Source: a virus. From it: a DNA stretch of 64,000 nucleotides. The stretch lies in IMG/VR virus record IMGVR_UViG_3300025913_000025, positions 32,001 to 96,000 of that record; one strand, written 5' to 3'. The position numbers were made by a program, and so were the translations under genes. The notes under the pieces were generated by a model. It did no database searches, was not told the DNA's origin, and saw only the letters and a program-made list of their open reading frames with translations. Below, in pieces: positions 57,017 through 64,000 of the stretch. Every line of letters begins with the position of its first letter. Positions within the stretch are counted from its first letter, which is position 1.

Positions 57017-58333
57017 ATGTGGATCAATCTCCCGCCGACGTCATCAACGCCATCTCGGTCTGCTCCGGAGGAGCCGGCCTCGAGCTTGGAGTTGCGCTCG
57101 CTCTGGGACAACTGCGCACTCGATGCTACGTCGAACGGGAAGCCCATGCGATTTCGTACCTTCTTCGGCTTATGGACGCGGACATCCTGGCTCAAGCTCC
57201 TGTATGGACGAATCTCCGAACCTTCGACGGCAAGCCGTGGCGTGGAAGCGTGGATTGCCTCATGGGCGGTTATCCCTGCCAACCGTTCTCGCTCGCTGGC
57301 AGAAGACTTGGACGAGACGATCCAAGACATTTGTGGCCGTCGATCCATCGAATCCTTGGCGAAGTCGAACCGGCACTCTGTTTTTTCGAGAACGTGTCCG
57401 CCCATCTCAGCCTCGGATTCGACGAGGTCGCCCGAGACCTTGAAGGATTGGGCTATCAGGTTGCGGCTGGCCTCTGGACGGCGGCGGAAGTTGGCGCGAG
57501 CCACAAGCGAGAGCGCCTGTTCATCCTGGGCTACGCCGATCGCTTCGATTGCCACAGGCGCAGGGCTTCATGGCTCTCAGTCGCCAAATCTACAGACGCA
57601 GGTGTCGCTCTGGCCGACGCCAATAGTCCACGGGAACGCCAACAAGCCGTCAGAGGGAACCGAGAGCGGAACTGGACTGCGAACGGCGGCGGTTCTTTGG
57701 ACAACGCCGATGGCGCAGGACGGAGAATCACCCGAGACGTGGTTGGCCAGGCGGGAGATGCTGAAAGCGGCCGGCCAAAACGGGAACGGCTGCGGCACGC
57801 CTCTGGCGATCGCTGCGATGATGTGGCCGACACCGACGACAAGCCGCAATCACAACAAGCCCGGCGAGCGAACGCACGGAGGAGCGGGATTACCGGGAGC
57901 GGCAACCAACTGGCCGACACTAATGGCAAGGGACGGCAAATCCAGTCAGGTGAGCGATGCCACTCTGAACAAGGGTGGTCGCCCGTTGAACGAGATTGCG
58001 GTCAATTGGTCTACACCTCGCGCAACGGACGGCGAGAAGGGCGGACCGAATCAGAGCTTCGGAGCGGGCGGGACACCGTTGCCGACTCAAGCTTGCCAAT
58101 TTTCCCGCCAGGTCCCGGAGAGTTCGACCGATGGCGTGACATCCTTGGCGAAGACGAAACGCTCGCTCCGGCTGTCTCCAAGATTTACCTGTTGGCTAAT
58201 GGGCTGGCCATTGATCGGGCGAGATTACTCCGTCTGTTCGGAAACGGAGTGGTCCCTTTACAGGCTGCGGTTGCGTTCTGCTCTCTCTGGTCTGCTCTCC
58301 GGCAACCCGCCGAGCAACCAAAGACCCAGTTAG
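57017..58333 (+). CDS. C5-MTase beta polypeptide (WPTP repeats plus motif IX) in overlapping frame
   Basis: Six WxTP/L repeats; LRLSPRFTCWLMGWP. Confidence 0.8.
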   Translation: MWINLPPTSSTPSRSAPEEPASSLELRSLWDNCALDATSNGKPMRFRTFFGLWTRTSWLKLLYGRISEPSTASRGVEAWIASWAVIPANRSRSLAEDLDETIQDICGRRSIESLAKSNRHSVFSRTCPPISASDSTRSPETLKDWAIRLRLASGRRRKLARATSESACSSWATPIASIATGAGLHGSQSPNLQTQVSLWPTPIVHGNANKPSEGTESGTGLRTAAVLWTTPMAQDGESPETWLARREMLKAAGQNGNGCGTPLAIAAMMWPTPTTSRNHNKPGERTHGGAGLPGAATNWPTLMARDGKSSQVSDATLNKGGRPLNEIAVNWSTPRATDGEKGGPNQSFGAGGTPLPTQACQFSRQVPESSTDGVTSLAKTKRSLRLSPRFTCWLMGWPLIGRDYSVCSETEWSLYRLRLRSALSGLLSGNPPSNQRPS

Positions 58334-58350
58334 GGTTCTGCTTCGACTGA
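57019..58350 (+). CDS. DNA cytosine-C5 methyltransferase, alpha polypeptide (motifs I-VIII and X)
   Basis: CSGGAG, GGYPCQPFS, FFENV, HKRERLFI, LRLFGNGVVP. Confidence 0.9.
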   Translation: MDQSPADVINAISVCSGGAGLELGVALALGQLRTRCYVEREAHAISYLLRLMDADILAQAPVWTNLRTFDGKPWRGSVDCLMGGYPCQPFSLAGRRLGRDDPRHLWPSIHRILGEVEPALCFFENVSAHLSLGFDEVARDLEGLGYQVAAGLWTAAEVGASHKRERLFILGYADRFDCHRRRASWLSVAKSTDAGVALADANSPRERQQAVRGNRERNWTANGGGSLDNADGAGRRITRDVVGQAGDAESGRPKRERLRHASGDRCDDVADTDDKPQSQQARRANARRSGITGSGNQLADTNGKGRQIQSGERCHSEQGWSPVERDCGQLVYTSRNGRREGRTESELRSGRDTVADSSLPIFPPGPGEFDRWRDILGEDETLAPAVSKIYLLANGLAIDRARLLRLFGNGVVPLQAAVAFCSLWSALRQPAEQPKTQLGFCFD

Positions 58351-58445
58351 CCCACGCAACGAATGGGGTAGCATCATCGATGTTCGTTGGCTACCATCGG
58401 CCAAACGTCAACCGTGATTCTCTCAAACGACAACGGAGTCAACGA

Positions 58446-59150
58446 ATGCGACGTGTCTTTCTTCTCGCCGCGGTGATCCTCGGAATGGCCGCCCCGGCGC
58501 AAGCGCAATGCGGACTGCTTGGCCGGATCTTCCATCGCCGTTCGCAGGCGCAGGTATCCGCTTGCTACAGCACACGAGCGACGGCTTGCTACAGTTCCGC
58601 CCAGGTCCAACCGACCTACGCCGCGCCGGCAGTCTACGAGCAGACGTTCCAGGTCGTCACACCGACACCTCAGGCGCTGGCCGTCCCCCAGAAATCGCTT
58701 CCCTTACCGACCGCTCCAGCCAAGAGCACACCGCAGGCTTCGCCCCAGGCCTCCCCGCAGGCGCCGCCGAAGGTTCCCCCGAATTCGCGCCATCGCGGGC
58801 ATACGGAGCTAGCTCCCCCTATTGCACCTGCGCCGGTTCCGGTCGTGGTCGTGACGGATCCTTACGGCTTTCACGTCTATCTGAATGACTACCGCGCGCG
58901 AGCAGGCCTTCGGCCGCTTCGTTACTCGGCGCACCTCGCCGGCTGGGCTTATCAGAATAGCCTTCGAGGATTCGGTCATTTCATTCGCGTGGGCCGGCGT
59001 CAGAACGCTGCGGCGGGACAGGCGAACGCGCAGGCTGTCGCCGCCCAATGGATGAACTCCCCGGCGCATCGAGACGCGATGCTCGACCCGACGGTCACAA
59101 CCTACGGGATCGCGGTCGCGAACAATGCCTGGACACTAAATCTTGATTAG
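58446..59150 (+). CDS. secreted CAP/SCP-domain protein
   Basis: Signal peptide (AQA), Pro-rich linker, LNDYRARAGLRPL..WMNSPAHRDAML. Confidence 0.88.
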   Translation: MRRVFLLAAVILGMAAPAQAQCGLLGRIFHRRSQAQVSACYSTRATACYSSAQVQPTYAAPAVYEQTFQVVTPTPQALAVPQKSLPLPTAPAKSTPQASPQASPQAPPKVPPNSRHRGHTELAPPIAPAPVPVVVVTDPYGFHVYLNDYRARAGLRPLRYSAHLAGWAYQNSLRGFGHFIRVGRRQNAAAGQANAQAVAAQWMNSPAHRDAMLDPTVTTYGIAVANNAWTLNLD

Positions 59151-59177
59151 GACATCAAGACATCATGATAACACAAC

Positions 59178-59212
59178 GAGGGACGTGACGACCGACAATC
59201 GTCACGTCCCTC
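59178..59212 (+). promoter_or_regulatory. leader hairpin of HNH-AP2 gene
   Basis: Perfect 14-bp stem GAGGGACGTGACGA/TCGTCACGTCCCTC. Confidence 0.55.
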
Positions 59213-59235
59213 TAACCCTACCCTCTTGAAAGGAG

Positions 59236-59790
59236 ATGGGCATGGTTCGGAAGCATTATCCAGATTTGAACTTCGTTAGGGAATGCTTTGAGGAAAAAGA
59301 CGGGAGATTGTTTTGGAGAACACGGCCGCTTAATCACTTCAAAAGGGAACGGCTTCATCGATCATTCAACACGCGGTGGGCAGGCAAAGAGGCTGGAAGT
59401 TGTGGCGTTGATTTTGGAAAATACGAACGTGTGTCTGCGCACGTTTTGGGTGTTTTTATTTTGCGGTCGACAATTGTTTGGGCTTTCCACAACAACCGCT
59501 GGCCAGACGGTGAAATCGATCACAAAGACAGCAACACGTTGAACGACAACATCAGCAATCTTCGCCAGGCAACGAAATCACAGAACCAAGCAAATCGTCG
59601 TCTTGGACGCAATAGCACTACGGGATCCAAGGGCGTTTACAGAGCAGCGACTCCAGGCAAGTGGATTGCCAAAATCGGATTCTCCGGCAGAAAGCGTCAC
59701 CTCGGAACTTTTGCAACCAAGGAACTTGCAGAGACGGCGTACATTGAAGCCGCAAAAACCTTCTTTGGCGAGTTTGCAAACCCAGGCTGA
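59236..59790 (+). CDS. HNH-AP2 homing endonuclease
   Basis: IDHKDSNTLNDNISNLRQAT..QN; GSKGV..KWIAKI..HLGTF. Confidence 0.92.
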   Translation: MGMVRKHYPDLNFVRECFEEKDGRLFWRTRPLNHFKRERLHRSFNTRWAGKEAGSCGVDFGKYERVSAHVLGVFILRSTIVWAFHNNRWPDGEIDHKDSNTLNDNISNLRQATKSQNQANRRLGRNSTTGSKGVYRAATPGKWIAKIGFSGRKRHLGTFATKELAETAYIEAAKTFFGEFANPG

Positions 59791-59974
59791 TCACTCATCT
59801 CGTGATCGATCCTTGAACCAACTCCCCCGATTCGCTCCGGCGAGCGGACTGTTTGGACGGAACGCCGTGGCTCCGGTCACGGCGTTTTCGTTGGTTGTGA
59901 AATCGACGGAAACAGCGTAGCATGGAACACCACAAGCTATGTTTCCGACACGACATGCGTTGAGGAGGTCGCAC

Positions 59975-60445
59975 TTGGGCACCAACGATGTAAGGTTCTA
60001 TCTCACCGCGATCGTGAGTGTCACGACTCTGGCCGTGGTCTCGGCGAGCGTGCTCACCCTGGCCGGCGTGAACGAGAGCGTCACAGCGTCGATCGTGGCC
60101 CCGGTGGCAGGCTTCTCGGCGATGATCGTGATCCAGTTTCGGTCGGCCGCCGCGACCAACGCCAAGGTGGAAAACGTTGCCGAGAAAGCGGATCTTGCCG
60201 CCGACAATGCGCGCAAGCTCGCTGCGACGGTGGCGGTTAAAACCCAGGAGCATTCCGACCAGCTCGCCGAGATCAAGCAGACGGCCCAAGAAGTCAAGGC
60301 GACGACCGAGGATTTGAAGGTCAAGGCGGAGCAGATCCAGGCCTCGGCGGACTCCCATGGCGCGGGACTCAACAACCTGGCAGTCGTGCTGCAGGTTACA
60401 CCGCCGCCGATTTCCGAGAAATCAGAAAATAGCGGAACAGCCTAG
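59975..60445 (+). CDS. two-TM membrane protein with coiled coil (holin-like candidate)
   Basis: TTG after GAGGAGG; two hydrophobic helices. Confidence 0.55.
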   Translation: MGTNDVRFYLTAIVSVTTLAVVSASVLTLAGVNESVTASIVAPVAGFSAMIVIQFRSAAATNAKVENVAEKADLAADNARKLAATVAVKTQEHSDQLAEIKQTAQEVKATTEDLKVKAEQIQASADSHGAGLNNLAVVLQVTPPPISEKSENSGTA

Positions 60446-60447
60446 TC

Positions 60448-60476
60448 TTGTTTGCGGCAATCGAATCGGGTAGTCT
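60448..60476 (+). promoter_or_regulatory. promoter with operator
   Basis: TTGTTT-17-TAGTCT containing TTTGCGGCAATCG. Confidence 0.5.
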
Positions 60477-60482
60477 GAGCTT

Positions 60483-60680
60483 ACTTCAATCGCCCTCGAC
60501 CCCGCAAAATACCTCGCCCCTGGGTTTCTGGGGCAATACGACGAGAAGCGCCGGGACTCTCGGAGAGATCGGCCGGTCAACTAAGAAACGATCTCATCCC
60601 GGCAATTCCTTATTCCCCGCAGAAAGGGGAACATGATGCGAGACGCCCGGTTCCGAAAGGTGCCGGGCGTTCTCGTTTGG
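60483..60680 (+). ncRNA. multi-hairpin sRNA candidate
   Basis: Four stems, the last terminator-like; separate promoter downstream. Confidence 0.45.
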
Positions 60681-60687
60681 TGATAAG

Positions 60688-60716
60688 TTGACCGATCGGT
60701 TCCCCTGTCGTACTCT
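60688..60716 (+). promoter_or_regulatory. sigma70-like promoter
   Basis: TTGACC-17-TACTCT. Confidence 0.6.
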
Positions 60717-60751
60717 GAGGTTGCGATTCTATTCAACCGAAAGGGACCATC

Positions 60752-61600
60752 ATGCGATTCACGATTCGCGAATTTGCATGTTCGCGCCGCTGGTTCGTAT
60801 ACCTGCTGGCACTCGCGCTACTCGGAGCATCGGGACACGCGGGAGCTGTCGAGCCAAAGGCCGGCATCAGAGGACCGGCCAAAGCGGGAGCGGGCGAACA
60901 GATCACGCTTCAGTTCACCGCCGTTGCCAGCGACGGCGCGGTCTACCTGAAGTATAAAGGCCCAGGCCTAGTTACTCCCCAGGTGCTTTATACGCAGAAT
61001 GCGGACGGCACTTACACTCCGGCTGGAGCGGTCGCCAGCGCTCTTGTGCCCGGGACCTATCAGTTTGCCTTGATCACGAGCGGGACTCCCGACGGAGCGA
61101 AGAAGCCGGACGTTGCATACGACTCCTGGAACGTGGTGGTGTCGGCTCCAGGTCCTCCGACGCCTCCCGATCCGGTACCGACGCCGACCCCGACCCCGAC
61201 GCCCACCCCGACTCCAGGCCCTCCGACGCCAACGCCGACCCCGGCACCAACTCCGATCCCCGCGACGACCGAGCTCTACGCGATTGCTTTGTACACCGGT
61301 GACAACACCGATGCGAACGAGCTCAAGTTCGCGCAGGTGCGCGACGATCCGAGCCTGAAAGCGACGCTTACGGCGCTCAAGGTCGAATGGCGCGCGTGGG
61401 ACAACGGCAACGCAATGATCGACACTCTTAACCTCCGGCCCTACTTCTCGCGGCTCGGAAAGACGCCGGCAATCCTGATCTATGACGCGAACGGGAACGT
61501 CTATGACGCGAGCGGACACAACACGTCCTCGGCGATTTCGGCACCGATGACAACAAGCGAAATCGTGTCAGTCTTCAAGAAGATTCGAGGTGTTCAATGA
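60752..61600 (+). CDS. exported protein: Ig-like domain, (PT)n linker, thioredoxin-like domain
   Basis: Signal peptide, PTPTPT linker, TPAILIYDANG. Confidence 0.7.
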   Translation: MRFTIREFACSRRWFVYLLALALLGASGHAGAVEPKAGIRGPAKAGAGEQITLQFTAVASDGAVYLKYKGPGLVTPQVLYTQNADGTYTPAGAVASALVPGTYQFALITSGTPDGAKKPDVAYDSWNVVVSAPGPPTPPDPVPTPTPTPTPTPTPGPPTPTPTPAPTPIPATTELYAIALYTGDNTDANELKFAQVRDDPSLKATLTALKVEWRAWDNGNAMIDTLNLRPYFSRLGKTPAILIYDANGNVYDASGHNTSSAISAPMTTSEIVSVFKKIRGVQ

Positions 61601-62469
61601 GCCTGATTTTTGAAGGACATGACCAATCGCTCGACCTTCCGTTTGTCGATCAGAAAATGCCTGACGGCACAATCGAACGGCGATTCCTGGCGAGACTTCC
61701 GACGCCACGGGACCATCCAATGATGGCACTTCCGGGTATCGAAGCGGATCCCGCGCTTGTTCCGTTGCCAAAGAGCCAATGGCCGAGCCTCGCCTTCAAT
61801 CGGGTCCATGAGGAAGTGCCCATTCTGGACCAGGATGGCAAAGGAGCGTGCGAGGCATTCGACTGGACGTCCTCCTTCATGCTTCTCCGGGCCCGCGCCG
61901 GCGCGCCCTACGTTGCGCTTTCGCCGTGGTTTCTTTACTCCTTGATCAACGGCGGTTTTGACGGCGGATCGAATGCAGGCGATGCCCTCCAAGCTCTTTT
62001 GACCACAGGAATTTGCGCCGACGCGCTCGTGCCAGGCCAACCGATTCGTCCGGCTGGAATCAGTGCCGCCGCAAGAGCCGGTGCGGCGCGGTTCAAACTC
62101 AAGGAGGCGATTCAACTTACGGCTGGCAACGGCGACGACACGATCGGCCAGGTTCTCGTTGCAGCCGCGATGGGATGGAATATCTCGTGCGACGTTCAGG
62201 CAGGTGGCGCGTACAACACGAGTTCGGACGGCACGACGGCCTTTCTCGGAGGTAGGACGAACCACGCTCAAACGATCGGGGAAGGAATCCGTTTCGATTC
62301 CCAGGGAAATCCCCAGTTCCGCCACAGAAACTCATGGGGAACGTCGTGGGGACAGGGCGGATTCGGCTGGTTGACGACGCGGCACATTCTGGCATCGCAG
62401 GAACTTTACGCGATCCGCTCGACCATCGAGGATCCCCAAGACCCGGACATGCCGCCACGGCTCGCGTGA
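61597..62469 (+). CDS. papain-family (C1) cysteine peptidase
   Basis: DQDGKGACEAF (Gln/Cys), NHAQ (His), RNSWGTSWGQGG (Asn). Confidence 0.92.
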   Translation: MSLIFEGHDQSLDLPFVDQKMPDGTIERRFLARLPTPRDHPMMALPGIEADPALVPLPKSQWPSLAFNRVHEEVPILDQDGKGACEAFDWTSSFMLLRARAGAPYVALSPWFLYSLINGGFDGGSNAGDALQALLTTGICADALVPGQPIRPAGISAAARAGAARFKLKEAIQLTAGNGDDTIGQVLVAAAMGWNISCDVQAGGAYNTSSDGTTAFLGGRTNHAQTIGEGIRFDSQGNPQFRHRNSWGTSWGQGGFGWLTTRHILASQELYAIRSTIEDPQDPDMPPRLA

Positions 62470-62550
62470 TCCGGTACAATTCCCCTGTCGCGCCGGGTTG
62501 TTCTCGGCGCGATGGCATGCTTCTGGGCTTACCGCAGAATGGAGCTATGA

Positions 62551-63120
62551 ATGCTGTCCGCCTTCCCCCAAGAATTTCCGACATCCGCAGTTCAGGACAT
62601 CATCGCGACGATCGAGGCCGGCAACTTCACGACGTCACACGGCGCGCTGATCGAGGATCTCTATGAGATCATCGGATACTTCCTCGGCCAGATCGGCGTG
62701 AACCAAAAGAAAACGTTCGGCCAGGCCGTCACCGGGCCGGCACCGCAATTGATGCGGGACAAGGACGCTATCCCACACCTGAAGGCCTTGCTCGCCTCCG
62801 AGGACAATACGCCGGCCAAGCGGGTGACGGCCTTCCCGCCCGAACTGTATGCACAGCTCGTCACGTGGGCGGTTAAGCTCCTGCTCCAGTTGATCAGCCA
62901 TGGATCGGGATCGGTGATCCCCGGTCCGGCCGATCCGAACGCGCCCGCACTTGTTCCTGGCCAGCTCCCTCCGGAGATCAAAGAGGCCAACGAGAATCAG
63001 ACGCACATCGCGCCGGGGGCTGTCTACGGTCAACCGACCGCCCAAGAGCAATCCGTACCGCTTCCGGCCGCGGAAGAGGACAAACCACCGGCCAATCCCA
63101 ACCAGCCGGTCACGGAGTAA
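62551..63120 (+). CDS. hypothetical protein
   Basis: SD GGAG; Pro-rich tail. Confidence 0.65.
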   Translation: MLSAFPQEFPTSAVQDIIATIEAGNFTTSHGALIEDLYEIIGYFLGQIGVNQKKTFGQAVTGPAPQLMRDKDAIPHLKALLASEDNTPAKRVTAFPPELYAQLVTWAVKLLLQLISHGSGSVIPGPADPNAPALVPGQLPPEIKEANENQTHIAPGAVYGQPTAQEQSVPLPAAEEDKPPANPNQPVTE

Positions 63121-63188
63121 GTTCCTTTCGACAAAGAGATTCCGGCCGCGTGTCGCCGGGACAAGAGGCACCGAAGAGGGTCCCCACG

Positions 63189-63410
63189 ATGACGACGCTG
63201 ATTCTTTGCCTGGCGCTCACCGGCCAGTGTTCCGCGGCGGGTTGCTCTGCTCCCCAGGCGGCTTACTACGTCGCCGCTCCGGCCGTGACGTTCTATCAGG
63301 CTCCAACCGCCTACACGGTCGCCGTGACGACGAGGACGACCGTCTTCGCCGCTCCCGGTCGCCCCGTGCGCCGGGTGATCGGGCGATTACTCCACCCCTT
63401 CAGGCGTTGA
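63189..63410 (+). CDS. small secreted peptide
   Basis: Signal-like N-term, GQC..C, C-term RPVRRVIGRLL amphipathic helix. Confidence 0.6.
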   Translation: MTTLILCLALTGQCSAAGCSAPQAAYYVAAPAVTFYQAPTAYTVAVTTRTTVFAAPGRPVRRVIGRLLHPFRR

Positions 63411-63569
63411 AATCGCGACCGCCAGTCCTCGCCTGGTGGTCGCTTTCCTGGTTCTCTCCTCCGTCGTGCTTTGTACCTTTCGGCGGCGGAGGGGAGGACT
63501 AAGGGCCCTCCTCGGATAGTGAAAGGTGCGCAGACGTTCGATCAGTTCCTTCTCTTGGAAAGGTTCAAC

Positions 63570-63866
63570 ATGGACAAGCTCAAGCTCGTGATGTCGGCCA
63601 GTCTCGACGAAGCCGGCCCGCAGACCAACGTGCAGACGATCATCAGCCAGATTACGAGCTTCCTCGAGTCGCTCGGTGGCCGGGTGATCGCCTCAATCAA
63701 CGTGCAGGCCCTCGAGACGATTGCCGAGGGGGCGTTCGTGTCCGGAGGACCGGCCGCCGTGATCCCGGCGCTGGTCAACGGTGTCAGTCAATGGTGCTCG
63801 AGCCCCGTCGAGTGCTGGGCCATCGTCTTCGCGCTCAAGTTCGCCGAGACGTTGCTTCCCGTCTAA
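63570..63866 (+). CDS. hypothetical hydrophobic protein
   Basis: ATG after AAAGG; hairpin downstream at 63875-63907. Confidence 0.6.
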   Translation: MDKLKLVMSASLDEAGPQTNVQTIISQITSFLESLGGRVIASINVQALETIAEGAFVSGGPAAVIPALVNGVSQWCSSPVECWAIVFALKFAETLLPV

Positions 63867-64000
63867 CAGCCTTTCCCCGGCGCGTTGTCCAGATCATCGC
63901 GCCGGGGTGTTCACCCACGGAATAGTCAAAGGCGGCGCGGTCAATTATATTGTCCCGAAGGAAACTCTTATGTGGTTCACGGTCCGAAGGGTTTTCGGCC

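Noticed and set aside
61150-61265. CCGAC-rich tandem repeats
   Set aside because: Encode a Pro-Thr linker; not a CRISPR array or iterons.
1-64000. tRNA genes, CRISPR arrays, stop-codon reassignment
   Set aside because: No tRNA cloverleaf with T-loop consensus or repeat-spacer array noticed by eye; conserved genes are intact in code 11.

Overview
The whole window reads as part of one GC-rich tailed-phage (siphovirus-like) genome or prophage, probably infecting a planctomycete. That host call is inferred from a planctomycete-style prepilin gene, csrA and a secreted CAP/C1-peptidase cassette. Layout: head module (HK97 prohead protease, major capsid, decoration protein, MTase-glycosyltransferase, GroES; 1.2-11.5 kb); neck and tail module (adaptor split by a frameshift, duplicated beta-helix spike, tube, G/GT chaperones, short tape measure; 12.4-29.4 kb); leftward morons and small genes (29.4-37.9 kb); divergent control region at ~37.9-38.0 kb; long rightward early/replication arm (Mom-like GNAT, csrA, a second capsid paralogue, two PAPS-reductase-family genes, Gam-like, RecT-like, initiator, DnaB, C5-MTase; 38-58 kb); putative lysis/secreted cassette (58.4-63.9 kb). 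No terminase, portal, integrase, tRNA or CRISPR is visible. The most notable signals are: (1) a C5 methyltransferase split across two fully overlapping ~440-codon frames starting at one ATGTG; (2) a shortened capsid paralogue in the early region; (3) several multi-hairpin RNA loci and a palindromic operator CGWTTGCSGCAAWCG at four promoters; (4) a nested histone-like peptide with a lambda-type slippery site leading into an acidic tail; (5) a 420-aa polycationic repeat fused to a tail-terminator-like domain. All protein calls come from motif recognition by eye; no database search was run.
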